Origin: Octopus bimaculoides
Lineage: Eukaryota
Assembly (NCBI RefSeq): GCF_001194135.2
Contig: NC_068990.1
Span: forward strand, 35,231,453-35,293,230
DNA length: 61,778 bases
Direction of reading: 5' to 3'
Shown: one piece after another, positions 37,320 through 52,255 of the stretch
Layout: each line of letters begins with the position of its first letter
How positions within the stretch are numbered: position 1 is the stretch's first letter
Made by a program: the position numbers and the translations under genes
Notes under the pieces: generated by a model
What the model saw: the letters and a program-made list of their open reading frames with translations, nothing else
Told to the model about the DNA's origin: nothing
The model's database searches: none

Positions 37320-38931
37320 ACACACACACACACATATATATATANNNNNNNNNNNNNNNNNNNNNNNNNNNNNNNNNNNNNNNNNNNNNNNNNNNNNNNN
37401 NNNNNNNNNNNNNNNNNNNNNNNNNNNNNNNNNNNNNNNNNNNNNNNNNNNNNNNNNNNNNNNNNNNNNNNNNNNNNNNNNNNNNNNNNNNNNNNNNNNN
37501 NNNNNNNNNNNNNNNNNNNNNNNNNNNNNNNNNNNNNNNNNNNNNNNNNNNNNNNNNNNNNNNNNNNNNNNNNNNNNNNNNNNNNNNNNNNNNNNNNNNN
37601 NNNNNNNNNNNNNNNNNNNNNNNNNNNNNNNNNNNNNNNNNNNNNNNNNNNNNNNNNNNNNNNNNNNNNNNNNNNNNNNNNNNNNNNNNNNNNNNNNNNN
37701 NNNNNNNNNNNNNNNNNNNNNNNNNNNNNNNNNNNNNNNNNNNNNNNNNNNNNNNNNNNNNNNNNNNNNNNNNNNNNNNNNNNNNNNNNNNNNNNNNNNN
37801 NNNNNNNNNNNNNNNNNNNNNNNNNNNNNNNNNNNNNNNNNNNNNNNNNNNNNNNNNNNNNNNNNNNNNNNNNNNNNNNNNNNNNNNNNNNNNNNNNNNN
37901 NNNNNNNNNNNNNNNNNNNNNNNNNNNNNNNNNNNNNNNNNNNNNNNNNNNNNNNNNNNNNNNNNNNNNNNNNNNNNNNNNNNNNNNNNNNNNNNNNNNN
38001 NNNNNNNNNNNNNNNNNNNNNNNNNNNNNNNNNNNNNNNNNNNNNNNNNNNNNNNNNNNNNNNNNNNNNNNNNNNNNNNNNNNNNNNNNNNNNNNNNNNN
38101 NNNNNNNNNNNNNNNNNNNNNNNNNNNNNNNNNNNNNNNNNNNNNNNNNNNNNNNNNNNNNNNNNNNNNNNNNNNNNNNNNNNNNNNNNNNNNNNNNNNN
38201 NNNNNNNNNNNNNNNNNNATAGACTCACACTCACACATATAACATTATATGAATAGATCACAATATATAAACGCCTACGTCACCACGGCTACCACAATCA
38301 GCCATAGTAATAACAGGAAGAGAGAACAGAGAAAACAAACAAAATGAGCAATCAAACACATATAGTGAAGTAAAGAATATCAACAACCAAGTTCGTATTA
38401 AAAGAGAATGAACGAAATAAAAAAAAAACAACGAAAACAACAGGAATCAGAATAAAAAAAATAACGATAAAAAAGACGTGATTTGGAAACAAACATGGAC
38501 GTTCACACATTATGGCTTCCATGCAAAAATACATTTCCAATCACGACAAAACAAAGTAAAGAAGAACGAAAATTTTACAAAAAATTGCATACGGTAAAAA
38601 AGTACAAAAGGAAAAATACAAAGACCAAAACTAAAAGAGGAAAACATTGAATGAACAATATACATAGAATCTACTTCGAATGAACAAGAGATGCAGTGTG
38701 TTATAGGGACTATGTGTTCCCTAAAGGTGACCAAGCTACAAGATGAAACATGTTAATTTCAGATTGAAGTGTCGTCGCTGCTCATAATAGGAATTGTTTA
38801 AAAATAAGTACATGTTACTGATTTGGTAGTAAATAACCTGTATCAATAACACAATCCAGTCGAGGAGAAGAGGGCATAAAGAGATGTACAGAGCATGCCT
38901 ACATACATACATACATACATACATACATACA

Positions 38932-38965
<34 letters not shown>

Positions 38966-39384
38966 CATGCATATATGTGTATATGTATAAGTATATATAT
39001 GCACAGATATACGTATATTTGTGTGTACATATCTTATATATGGGTGGGCGTGGGTGTTTATTAGGAAATGATGTGAAGTACGAAGCGAATTATATAATGA
39101 GACGAAGGGATGTGTGTTTAATGTTCGCGATCTTGGCGTAAGAAAGGTTTATATTGGTTCTTTCTTCCGATATGTTACTGAGGTGTTAATATAATTACAC
39201 AAATGGGCAAAGAAAAGAAGGAGAAAAACCGAGAGAAAGAGCTAGTGATAGGGGTGGAGTCGGAGTTGGGGTTGAGCGAGAGAAGAATAGCCGAAGAAGT
39301 TCTGAAGATGAGAGTGTGGGTGCACAGACAATGTTGTTCAAATGCAAATATTATTGACGTCTGATCAATGACGTCAGAGATATT

Positions 39385-39556
<172 letters not shown>

Positions 39557-39763
39557 TTTTCTACTATAGGCGCATGTCCTGAAATTTTGGGCGAGGGGAC
39601 CAGTCGATTACATCAATCCCAGTACTCCATTGGTAATTAATCTCCCACGAAAGGTTGAAAGGCAAAGTCGACCTCGGTGGAATTCGAATACAGAAAGGAA
39701 AGACGGATGAATTTCCGCGAAGAATTTTCCCCTGCATGCTAACTATTCCGCCAGCTTGCCGCC
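39557..39763 (-). mobile_element. SINE family B
   Basis: Reverse complement begins GGCGGCAAGCTGGCGGAATAGTTAGCATGC; includes GAAAGGCAAAGTCGACCTCGG on the plus strand. Confidence 0.82.
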
Positions 39764-39851
39764 TGAGAAGTAGTACTGGTTCTACTACTACTCCAACTTC
39801 TACTACTACTACTACTACTACTACTAGTACTACTACTACTACTACTACTAG

Positions 39852-40057
39852 TTTAACATTTTGGCACAAGGCCAGGAAGTTCGTGGGTGGGGGTATATCA
39901 ATTACAACGATCCCAGTGCTCAACAGGTTCTTATTTCATCGAACTCGAAAGGATGAAAGGTAGAGTCGGCCTCTGTGGAATTTGATCTCAGATCGTAAAG
40001 ACGGGCGAAATGTCGCGAAGCATTTTGTCCAGCATGCTTACTATTCTGCCAAGTTGC
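39852..40057 (-). mobile_element. SINE family B with (AGT)n tail at 39770-39850
   Basis: GAAAGGATGAAAGGTAGAGTCGGCCTC...GGAATTTGATCTCAGA...CTATTCTGCCA. Confidence 0.8.
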
Positions 40058-40102
40058 TGGAAGAAAAATAAAGCGGATGTTTTATAACATGACTGCAGTG
40101 AC

Positions 40103-40142
<40 letters not shown>

Positions 40143-41434
40143 AAACAGACAAAATGAAGGAATTAATATAACCATTGCTGATATAATGTATTATATCGAG
40201 AAAACAAGCACTTGTACTCGATATTTATTTTGAAACAACATAGCAAACAAACATTCTTCTCTCCTGTAACCTCTGTATTATTCACTGATTATATCACACT
40301 TGAGCTTCTTGCCAGAAGCTACTGTGTGAAAAATCTCTGTTTGAGGTGAAAAGAAACGAGGAGATTACGTAATATTGTATGTTATTTAGCTAACGTGGAA
40401 GATTCTACATAGTATTGAACACTGCTAGAAATAGAAGATAATTATCACTGAAATTAAACCGTGTCGTCTTAAAAGAAAGTACATTGGATATGGTATCTTT
40501 AGTTTTCCTGCCCTTTGGCAAGCCTTTGCACATGCATTGATTCTATTGGGCCTGACATTATAGTGCTCCCGTTTCACTCTATATTGAACTATTTGTGACT
40601 GAGTATTGAAATAACTTGATAACGTTTTGTTAAATACTTTATTCTATGTTATTGAAAATGAACTAAAAACATGTAAACATGTATTGTGATAGAGTCATGT
40701 TAATCATTAATTACACAAGCACATGGCTAAATGTAAGGTGCAAGATTTGGTTAAGTGAAGTCGTACAGACCCGCTTCCAAAGTATTAAAACGGCACACAT
40801 GTTGTGACGCAAGTATTCAAAAGAAGAACGTCTGTTACTCTACTTGTTTTGGTCGATATCAAGTGAACATCATATAGACTTGTTTAATGCACCAATCTTC
40901 TTGTGATCAAATAATTTTGCAATTCAAAATTAAATTCTTAATCACCTAAGTTTGCGCTGGCATTTTTCGATGCTATTTATAATTCTTCTTATTTAAAGAT
41001 ATCAATACCAACCTCCCACTTTCCCAAAATTTACATATATTAGTTCATAGTAACTATTGAAATAATCTTAATACGTTTTCTGTTAGTAATTTGTAGAAAA
41101 CATCAAATGAATGAAACATATGGTAAACAAGACATTTCTAGAATAATTGAATTGTTTGAAATTTAAAACATCATGAAGTTCAGAAATAAAATGGTTCATA
41201 AAGTTCAGACCAAAAATAAATAGTCACACTGTATACGCTTCTAATATGTTAGTGTTGGCAGACATAGTCTTGTGGCATGTTACATATTTACGTATAATTT
41301 ACATAATTAGTCGCATAGAAAATCATATTTATATTGTGTGTAGACAAAATTAACTGACAAAGCAATATACTTTTATAATTTTACTTCAGTTCATTAACAT
41401 CATGGCGAGAATGTTGTTGCTGTTGTTGTTGTTG

Positions 41435-41500
<66 letters not shown>

Positions 41501-41803
41501 TTAAAACACACAACGTTATATATTATAGAGTCAATGAAGTGGAGATAACGAAGAGAAACTTCTTTTAGAATAACTGATATAGGTGGTTTTTGGTTTAATT
41601 TTTACAACTCTGCAATTTTTCTAAGAGTAAAAACACGTTCTCACTTCTAATCTCTTGTTCCTGCTATTAGCTGATCACAACTATTATATTTGAATAGTCA
41701 ACTGAAGTATAGAATATAGTATGCTATTGGTGTTGTTTCGCTTCCGGTCAGAGCGTCATCATGCTTACCATACACACACCACTAGTATCAGAACCACCAG
41801 CAA

Positions 41804-41804
<1 letters not shown>

Positions 41805-41859
<55 letters not shown>

Positions 41860-41862
41860 ATG

Positions 41863-41959
<97 letters not shown>

Positions 41960-41960
41960 A
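41805..41960. repeat. (ACT)n(GCT)n(ACT)n array
   Basis: Directly visible; source of the poly-T/L/S/V ORFs. Confidence 0.95.
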
Positions 41961-42697
41961 ATGTGGCCATGACTGGGTTTCGCGTGGACCAATTCGTTGC
42001 ACACTTTCACACTTGTTTCAACCAATCCCGATAAGGCTCCAGTACGCTGCACTACATTATCTGACTAAATAAGAAAAAAAAATAAACAAATAGAAAATAA
42101 AAACTATGAATAAAGGCTATTCATCAAAGGCCACCACCCAGTTTTGTTAGGAAACAAAATATATGTAGGACTACGTAAACTAATGTGTTTCTTTCTTTCC
42201 CAGAATAACAGGATGTATATGCGGGAGATAATTTAGCTGTAATTTCTTGCAGATCAAACAGAGGAAAATTTATTGGAAGAGGTGGATGTCCTGTAAAAGA
42301 TGACATAAGCAGTAAGAATGGAATACAAGAGAATTTAATCATAAATGTATTATTAAATTATAGCGTCGTTTTTAATTGTTGTAACGTTAAGAGAGGAAAT
42401 TTAGGAGAGAATTTAACATTACAATAAAACGAATCAAGTGTAATATGTAGAAAGTTAATGCAATAATATGTCAAAACCATGTTACTTAATGGCTTCTGTT
42501 ATAGAAGTGGAATGTTCTAGAGATGGAAGCACCATTGTTTTAAATTGTATTTACTAGAACCTTCGACAATTAGTTCTAACAAATTTAGTCTTCTAAGACT
42601 GAGGTATCTACTGAAGGAGCCACATTTGCTGCTACTTATATTACTGTCACTACCATCAGCACCACCACCACTGCTGCTAGTGCTGTTGCTGCTGCTG

Positions 42698-42753
<56 letters not shown>

Positions 42754-43078
42754 GCTACTGACCAGCGAAGTGTAGCCCCTCTGAGATGCTGCTGCTACAG
42801 GTACTGCTAACCAATAAACAGCCTCACTGTGTTAGAACGGTTCACTAGAAAGAGCAGCTAAATCTCCCACAAATCATCTTCTTAAGGTACCAAAGGTTTA
42901 TTAGGTAATATAGTTATGAAAGCCTCTAAGAAGACTGTATGGTCATGATTGGAATACCTTTAATCATAGGATTATTTAAACAGAGTTGAATCTGGAGCTG
43001 AAGTAATAACAACAGCTGCAATAATCACAATATTAATGTATGATATCAATTATTATTTATATTATTAATAAATGTAAA

Positions 43079-43286
43079 GTGGTAAGCTGGCAGAATCATT
43101 AGCATGCCGGTCAAAATGCTTAGCGGCATTTTGTCCGCGTTTACGTCTTGAGTTCAAATTCCGCCAAGGTTGATTTTTACCTGTTGATTTTTTGGGGTCG
43201 GTAAAATATGTACAATTTGAGAACTGGAGGTTGATATAATCGATTTACTCCACCCGCGTAACTGCCTTGTACCAAAATGTGAAATC
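43079..43286 (+). mobile_element. SINE family B
   Basis: GCTGGCAGAATCATTAGCATGCCGG...GAGTTCAAATTCCGCC...GTACCAAAATGTGAAATC. Confidence 0.85.
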
Positions 43287-46117
43287 AATCATTATAATAA
43301 ATGTTGTGATTATTGTATAAATAGCGACGAGAACCGCTTCTTTTGCTGCTACAACAGTAACTATTACTATTACTAGAAGCAAAAGTCATGCCCATACTAC
43401 TGACGGAAGGGGATTTTTCTCATGGGTATGAAAGAAAGTGTTAGTGCGATCACGTTTTTAGCCTGATATGTTACGTGTGGAGAAGCTGGAGTAAACATGT
43501 TGACAGGCTGACGAATCCCAAATGAAAGCACTTCAGTCACTCTAAATAATGCTTAAGAGAAACACAAAATTGATGTACTTGCTGTCCTAGTTTTGTAGGA
43601 GGCTTATCTCGGCAAAGACAACAGTTTATGTTTGTGATATAGCCATCTTTTTAACTTCCCTGTTAATATGTTCCTATTAACTTTATATAGGTTAACTTCC
43701 CAAATACTATATGCACGTTCATATGCAACATAAGAATCTAACCAATTTTATTATTTAGCTCTTGTACATTTCTCAAGATGCAGATATCTAATCAGAGAAA
43801 TTGTGGGCATGGGAATCGCATATCGTTATATATATATCACAGGTTACATTGTCCGCAATTTCCTTTATATTTCATAGGCAGTAATTTGTGACTTTAACTT
43901 AGATTTTGCTGCTATTTCGTTTCATCTAGCTTGAAACTGTTTTCTTTTTTCGTTTTTGTTTTCTTTTAATAAATTATGTTTTTAAGAAATCCCCCTGGGA
44001 CAATTTACAGAATTTTTGTCAACTTTAACAACATGCATACATTAAGTATTTTTAATTGGTAATATTTAGATTATAAAGCTACTTCTAACGCAAAGCTCGC
44101 ATTTTTCTTTACTCGTGCATCGTTTTTACACATCAGTAAACAAGTTTTACACTATTTGTATTGAAGCTTCTATCTGGCTGTTCGGTTTCGTTTCTGAACT
44201 GGAGGAGTATGTTACACACGCGAGGGGAAAAAACTGATAAATGTCAATATCTGTCACACTCGTTCCCTTCCAGAGTGACTTCGTTTCACCTAGCTTTAAA
44301 GCATGTTGTGTTTTCATTAACACTATACGTCTTTCAATGTAAGTCCCTGGGACGAAGTACTTCAGCATTGCAGCTTTTCACAGCACGCATATGTAAAGTA
44401 TGTAATACTGATAAAGTTTACATTATTGAACTGCTTCTAATGCATCTCATATGGAATATGAGATGTTGATTCAGAGAATCCACATCTTACATCACACACA
44501 GAAAATTCAGAATATCTGCCAGATTTTTCTATCCTCTCAGTTACACAATAATTTACAGATAATATTTCATAAAGTGAGAGACTGTTATTTACATTAATCA
44601 GCTGCCACAAGACCTAACAAGGTTTCATTATCTAGTTAGCTAAAGTATTTCATATAATTCTAACGAAGAGCATATTCGGGTGTGATTTAGGAATACCAGG
44701 AACAGAACACTATCAGAGAAAATAGCAATATTTAGTGTCATGACATCATCTACCCCTTCCCCTCTTCATGAGCACTGTGAACAATCAGAGATGAGTAACA
44801 GAAAAGAGAAAACAATAAAATATATAAATGCATTAAATACATAAGTGATTATGTTGAGAAACACGCCTCAATTATCAACATATAATGAATTCATAAAGAT
44901 GCATGCACAGAAACACACACGTAACGCGTGCGTGTACACACACACACACATATATATATATAAATGTTATTTAGAGAAGAAGGGTAACCCTTCGGTATTA
45001 CTCGAATAAAAGGAAGAAACGAACTTTCGAATGTTTTTCTGCTTTACAAATCAGCGAGCACATATAGTGAGATACCTTCAAACCAGAAATGTAGTGGTGT
45101 TCTTGTAACAGCCTGGCCCCGCTAAAAACACCAACGGTTAAATAGTGGTCTTGGAATGGCCCCCTCAAAACTTGTACCATTATGTAGACAGGAGGTGGCA
45201 TAGTTTACATTACCACAGAAGCATACACTTGCTGACGGTGTAGCAGAGTAGGTTAGAACTCTACATAACATGATTTCGAAATAAAGATTAATTCCTATTC
45301 ACACGAGGTTGAATACGTTGAGTTAAGATGCTGGTGGAGGAAACAGCGGGGTGAGGCGCAACGTTGTTAGTTTTCCTAATAGAGTTACTGGCATACATAA
45401 AGTGAAAGGTTTCACACCAGGAATAGAAAGCGCAACCCTGCTTCAGATTGCCACGAATTCTATTTCTTGCTGTTAAAGAATACAACAAAGGAAATCGAAC
45501 TGCAATGAAAAGAAAAAAAGTATAAAACAAACCATCAGGAGCATTGAAAATAACAAAGCAGGGCAAATAATGAAATGAGAAGCATTAAGTGTGATTTCAC
45601 CTATTCATCAAGCCTCTTTAAGCCATATCTCAACAGATGCTGATCGAATACATAATTTCTAATAAAAGACGAGACTACTTTAGAATAATGAAATCATATT
45701 GAACAGTATTATATGGAAGTCAAACGTTCTATTATTTGGTAGAGAGCTGAAAAATGTGACTTTATGTCAAGAATTTACCGAAATGGCACGTTCTGAAAGA
45801 AACCAATATAAAGAACATTGGTAATTCAGTTATTGATGTTCCCTTTCTATTAAAGCTGATCGATATTTCCCGCCAAAAGTTCATAAGTACTGTAATGGCT
45901 ATGAGGTGAGAGTTAGTACATATTATATATCAAAAGGAGTCCATTAAGCATATGACTGGCGTACAGGAGGAGGGCAAGGTAGAACTGTGGTTAATTCAAT
46001 GCGAGTACATACTGATTGATGAATGCACATAAAAACGTACACACTCAAAAGATGATTGCACAGTCACGCTAGCACTTGTCTGTATAACACACATAAGCAC
46101 ATATATATTTAAGAATA

Positions 46118-46168
<51 letters not shown>

Positions 46169-46812
46169 NNNNNNNNNNNNNNNNNNNNNNNNNNNNNNNN
46201 NNNNNNNNNNNNNNNNNNNNNNNNNNNNNNNNNNNNNNNNNNNNNNNNNNNNNNNNNNNNNNNNNNNNNNNNNNNNNNNNNNNNNNNNNNNNNNNNNNNN
46301 NNNNNNNNNNNNNNNNNNNNNNNNNNNNNNNNNNNNNNNNNNNNNNNNNNNNNNNNNNNNNNNNNNNNNNNNNNNNNNNNNNNNNNNNNNNNNNNNNNNN
46401 NNNNNNNNNNNNNNNNNNNNNNNNNNNNNNNNNNNNNNNNNNNNNNNNNNNNNNNNNNNNNNNNNNNNNNNNNNNNNNNNNNNNNNNNNNNNNNNNNNNN
46501 NNNNNNNNNNNNNNNNNNNNNNNNNNNNNNNNNNNNNNNNNNNNNNNNNNNNNNNNNNNNNNNNNNNNNNNNNNNNNNNNNNNNNNNNNNNNNNNNNNNN
46601 NNNNNNNNNNNNNNNNNNNNNNNNNNNNNNNNNNNNNNNNNNNNNNNNNNNNNNNNNNNNNNNNNNNNNNNNNNNNNNNNNNNNNNNNNNNNNNNNNNNN
46701 NNNNNNNNNNNNNNNNNNNNNNNNNNNNNNNNNNNNNNNNNNNNNNNNNNNNNNNNNNNNNNNNNNNNNNNNNNNNNNNNNNNNNNNNNNNNNNNNNNNN
46801 NNNNNNNNNNNN

Positions 46813-46849
<37 letters not shown>

Positions 46850-47459
46850 ACCTCCTCTATCTGTTCTCTTTTCGTGCGCGCATATATTCGAGTCTATTTC
46901 TATCTATGTGTGTTTGTCTATGTATTTTCTTTCTTTGTGTGTGCGCGTACTTCAAGCTTTGTGCATGGATCGTGGAGAGATGTTAGAACAATTGTCACAT
47001 ACAAGTGTCTTTTTATCGTTTATGTTGCACCACATCCTTTCTTTCGTCCACAGCTGGAATATTTAGTCGCCATATTTGAAACCTAGTTCTCTAGAATCTT
47101 TGTTTATTCAGGTTCATTTCTCTGTTCATGATTTGAAACAATACCTTTTGCTTTATATTTTCTTTTCAAGTGTGTCGATAGAGATCTGTTTTACTTCTGA
47201 ATCTTCATCATTTCCTTCTCAAAACATCTTTATACGCCTGTAGCTCGTGCTTCTCCCCTCTCTGTATAATCCACATGCACCTGCAGAAAATGTAATCTTT
47301 TTGTTACTTTGTTATCGTCTTTACTCTTACTCACGAATCTGTAAAACATTGAAAAATATGACACCACTCTTTCTAACAATCTCAGCGTAGCAAGAGACTT
47401 ACTCAATGAAAATAAGGTATATTAAAATAAAGTACATATATATGCCACTGTGTGTGTAT

Positions 47460-47612
47460 GTGTATTTGTGTTTGACCCCATAACATAGCGGTTCCACAAA
47501 ACAGACCGATAGAATAACTAGAATACAAAGAATAAGTCCTGGGGTCGGTTTGTTCGACTAAATGCGTTGCTCCAGCATAGTCGCAGTTGAATGACTGAAA
47601 CAAGTAAAAAAA
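47460..47612 (+). mobile_element. SINE family A 3' part
   Basis: AAAGAATAAGTCCTGGGGTCGGTTTGTTCGACTAAA...GAAACAAGTAAAA. Confidence 0.8.
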
Positions 47613-48339
47613 AAAAGAATATATGTATATATATATATATATGGTGTCGTTAACAGGTATGGCAAATCATTTGTGAGGCGTTTGAGAAATGTTCATTCTA
47701 TAAGACTGCTTCCACGATTCAGTCTCTAATTCAACATTGGCGAGAGCCATAATGTACGGAATGTAACACAGAACAATTTTCCTCAAAATTCATAACAAAC
47801 TCTTACAAAAAGACGAATAAGATGAGAAATTTAACTGACAGATTCATCAGGTGCAAAGCACGAGCTAAAACCTGAGTAACATAATGTTAATCAATTAATA
47901 AATCATCTTCATACTTTTACAAGAGATAAAAAGAAAATAAACGCGCACATATGTCTCACTTAATTACATCCAGTACTTTATACAAATGTATATATTGCTA
48001 TCTTTTGTTTTTCTATATTTATATTATGTCTACTGTTTCTCTCAAAGAAAGATTATGTATGTTTGTGTGTATACGTATGTATGTATGCACATACTTTTCT
48101 TAATGTATGTATTTATGAATGTATGCATACGTGTATACATTTCATGCATGTACGTATGTATAAGTATGAGTGTATCAGATAAGAGAAAAATAATTACTAA
48201 GAAATACAGGTAAGAGGAATGCAATGAGGAATGAGTGAATTTAAAAGAATCGCATTAGATTACAATACATGGGCAATAAATATCATTTATTTATGCACAT
48301 GTTTCTTTTGGCAATATATTTTCACTCCACACACAAACG

Positions 48340-48373
<34 letters not shown>

Positions 48374-48480
48374 CGACGGTCTTCTTTCTCTTTCCGTCTA
48401 CCAAATCCCATCACATGGCTTTCCTCGGCCGGAAGCATGTGGTTAGTCAGCAAGCTACTTACGACACAGCCACTCCTGCG
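48374..48480 (-). mobile_element. SINE family A head, internally deleted
   Basis: TTTCCGTCTACCAAATCC...CTACTTACGACACAGCCACTCCTGCG matches 5400-5549. Confidence 0.75.
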
Positions 48481-48482
48481 CG

Positions 48483-48514
<32 letters not shown>

Positions 48515-49030
48515 GAACAGGAATCAGTCATACCATTTACAGTGACGCACAACCCATGTCACCAGAATATTTTGAACATTGCCAAGGCAAATCTACCAAT
48601 CATTGCTCAAAGTAATGAATTAAAAGATATAATCACAGATCGAGCTATGGTTCTTAACAACAAAGACCAATCATTCACTTTATCTAAATGCCGATAGCCC
48701 ATGTGGCACATGCCAATTCATACATACCGGCCAATATATAAACACGAAACGCAAATATGAACTGCAAATTTAATTTGCTGCATCAAATGCCCAAATTATG
48801 AGGAACTATATGTAGGTCAGACTGGAAATGCACTATCAGAACATTCACGTGTCCCCCGACAGAAAATCAGAGACCCAGATGTCCGTCAGTTACATTTGAG
48901 TAACCATCTGGCAACATGCGGTCGGAAACTATTTATAATATTTCCCTTCTACAAACTACACCGTCCAAATGTAATTGCAAGAAAAATCTGAGAAAATAAA
49001 TTTATTAATAAATTCCAACCCCAGCTAAAT
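48515..49030 (+). mobile_element. Penelope-like element 3' part with GIY-YIG endonuclease remnant
   Basis: VIPFTVTHNPCHQNILNIAK..., then NLICCIKCPNYEELYVGQTGNALSEH and ENKFINKFQPQLN; frameshifted. Confidence 0.8.
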
Positions 49031-49659
49031 AAACAATAATACTAATACCCAGAGGTACTATTTCTGCTCCTACGACCACTACCACTAACAACAACAGTAC
49101 TAACGGAGCTCATTATGATGATAGCAGGAAAATACTAGCTAAGTCAAGAGAAAAATGTTACTAAAAATTATCTTATTCTTGGGTTTAAAGCTACTCCCAC
49201 CACCACCATCACCACCACCACCACCACCACCACTAACAAAAACAACAGCAACAACAACAACAATACTAATGATAAAGGTGATGATAATGATGCTGATATT
49301 TGAACTGTAAAAATCCCTGGGAAATGTTGTTTACAATATTTCTAAAACTCGCCCAACAATTACTGTCGTGGATCAAAATACAGGTCGCATGACATGCTCA
49401 ACAAACCGTGACGCTTAAACCAAACACTAATCAACTTCAGTAATTTAGCAAAATCACACACTGATTGGTCAGAATAGAGTTTGCAAAAATTAACGTTTCT
49501 GGAGCTTATACAAATGTATTTCAGGCACACAGTTTAGCCATCTCGCCACAGTTGGAAAGTGTAAAACATAACTGTCACCACTATTATATGAACCTGAAGA
49601 TTGCATAGATTAATGCATGAAAGTACTAGTTCAATCAGAATGGACATTTAATATTCTAT

Positions 49660-49715
49660 CATTACATTATATTATATCATATTATATTATATTACATTAT
49701 ATTATATTACATCAT
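49660..49715. repeat. Degenerate (ATATT/ACATT)n pentanucleotide array
   Basis: Directly visible. Confidence 0.85.
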
Positions 49716-49807
49716 TATACATTTTTAAAGAAAACGTGAAGATCAAAGTTGGAATTTCTTTGAGTAATATATTCTTCTATACACAATCATACAATCATAC
49801 TCACCCA

Positions 49808-49852
<45 letters not shown>

Positions 49853-49900
49853 NNNNNNNNNNNNNNNNNNNNNNNNNNNNNNNNNNNNNNNNNNNNNNNN

Positions 49901-49934
<34 letters not shown>

Positions 49935-51879
49935 AGAGAGAGAGAGAGGGAGGTAGAGGGAGAGAGAAATAGGAGAAAGAGTGAGAGAGATGGAAAGAAG
50001 TTGGTGGGTCGTATGACGTAGCAAATATAACGCCTAGCTGTCATTACTTTAAATCATCTCCAGTTCGACCTTTCCCTTTTTATGATTCTACTGATGACAA
50101 AATAAGTAACCCTGAAGTACAGTCTTCTTAACTTATATACTATCTAAAAAACCTGATCTTTTGCCATATGTACTGTATTCTGCATTTGCATACATAAGGG
50201 TGCATACGCACGCATACTCATGTATTTGCACTAATGCATACCTGTATGTCTGTGTGTATGTTAATATTAGTCTGTGTGTGCAAATGAGTTGTATGCTTTT
50301 GCAAATCTCTCTGACTGAACGTCTATGATCGTAAATTTGCTTTACTTTATAGATTTCCAAGAGCTACATGTAGAATGAACCATCAAAAGTACTTAGAAAA
50401 TATTGGAAGAATATCTTAATATTTCCAGGGAGTATTCCTTACCCAAATCCGCAAGCTTACGCCATTAACCTCATGTTTCTTTCATTTGAAATATGAAAGT
50501 GAAGAGGAAATAGAGAAGTATAAGACTGTTCAGACACTGACAGGCACGTACGAACGCACACTTATACGCAGAGATCAGAAGCATTTCCACACGTATACGG
50601 ATAGAAGACACACGTCTATGAACTGATGCACGTACACATATATAGCTATCAAGAATTATCTTCTGATTTCTAGTATGAAGCATTTAACGTCAAATTCATC
50701 CATTTATAATAAGACTAATTTTGTCACGTCTGATGGTCCATTCTATTTGGGACAAGCGATAGATTTTATTTTTATTTTGCATATTTCGTTTAAGAGATGA
50801 TCAGTACTAAAGGGTGTAAATGAGATAAAACTCTTTCTTTCTCTCTTTCAACCTCTCTTTCACGTTTTACTCTCACCCATTCTCTATCCCTCCCACTTAT
50901 TCACTAATAGCCCAGCCAAAGACTTCCTGAACCCCATCACTCATACTAAAACGTTCTATTGAAGAATATTTTATCAAGTACCCTGATAGTTTCATCTATC
51001 CCTGATAGGTAATGAGACACTTCAGATAGAGATAGAGGTAGAGGTAGAGAGATTGTGATATAGTCATAGACTCGTACACATACACACCTATACACATACA
51101 TAAACACACACACTCACACACACATATATATCCTCTCTATTTCTCTCACGTCGAGGGGGTGGAGAGAGAGGTAGAGAGACAAAGAGAGACAGAATGTGAG
51201 GGAGAGAAAGAGAGAAAAATGCTGAGAAAGAGATACACAGAACTGAAACGATAGAATAAGTGTAAGGCAAAGAGCGTGGGCGTCAAGTCAAGTCAAGTGC
51301 TGAAGTTAATGATAACGAATTTTTTCCGAGCCGATTTTTCTTCATTTTTACTTTAAAGTCATGAAACGAAGTGCTCCATCCCGTAAACCTCTTCACTTCA
51401 TAACCCCGCTTTGTTCTTGCTTTGCTACCGTGTTGTTGTGATGCTGATTACTGTCAGTTATTCTCTCATCACATATATGCACTTAATAAATAACTAAATT
51501 TACAGATCTGTCTACAAGAAAATAAAATAAGGAATAAAATAATTTAGACTAAAACTAGAAAAAAAATCAACTTTTTTCTTAATAATATTTTATATTAATC
51601 ATTTTTATAACGATAGACAGACCTCTTCTACATACTCGTTGAACAACTTTGCTCTCTAGTTTCATAAAGTACATTCTCTACATGTTTATGCACAACTTTA
51701 TGTCTTTTACCGTTCGTTATTTTCCTTTTTCTCCGCCTCCTACATCTCTGTTTGGTACGAACACAGATTCAGTTTAGTACAAAAATGAAAATTTGGAACG
51801 ATATGACATTTAGCTTGTTTACTAGAGATGTTATTTTTAACTAATCTGTATGAAGTCTCTCAGTCCATACGAATGTAAG

Positions 51880-52205
51880 CACCTACATAAGGTTGTACAT
51901 ATATATACGATACATACGTACAACAAAAAGGTATTGAATTCGTTTGCATCGATACAAGACTGTATTCATATCAGGAACAGGGACTCTATTGTTAGGCTGC
52001 CTCGAAAGGTACACTATAGTTAAATTTCCAGCCATACCAAAACCAATGGCTGCACCTTGAATCTGTATGCATAGTTTCTTCTTAAACTTTACTATGTGGT
52101 CCATCAAGGTAGTTCTTATGCTAGCCACTATTGCATGTGCAATCACTCTTTCCGCGTGTCTCATGTTCTCAGGGTCTTCTGCGGGTGGGGGTCCAGCCAC
52201 TCATA

Positions 52206-52255
<50 letters not shown>

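Noticed and set aside
44147-44368. LMKTQHALKLGETKSLWKG resembling a mitochondrial carrier repeat
   Set aside because: Lacks the PxD/ExxK/R signature and supporting exons.
45000-45566. GC-richer unique block with ORFs on both strands
   Set aside because: No recognisable domain or consistent exon structure; may be an old repeat or regulatory DNA.
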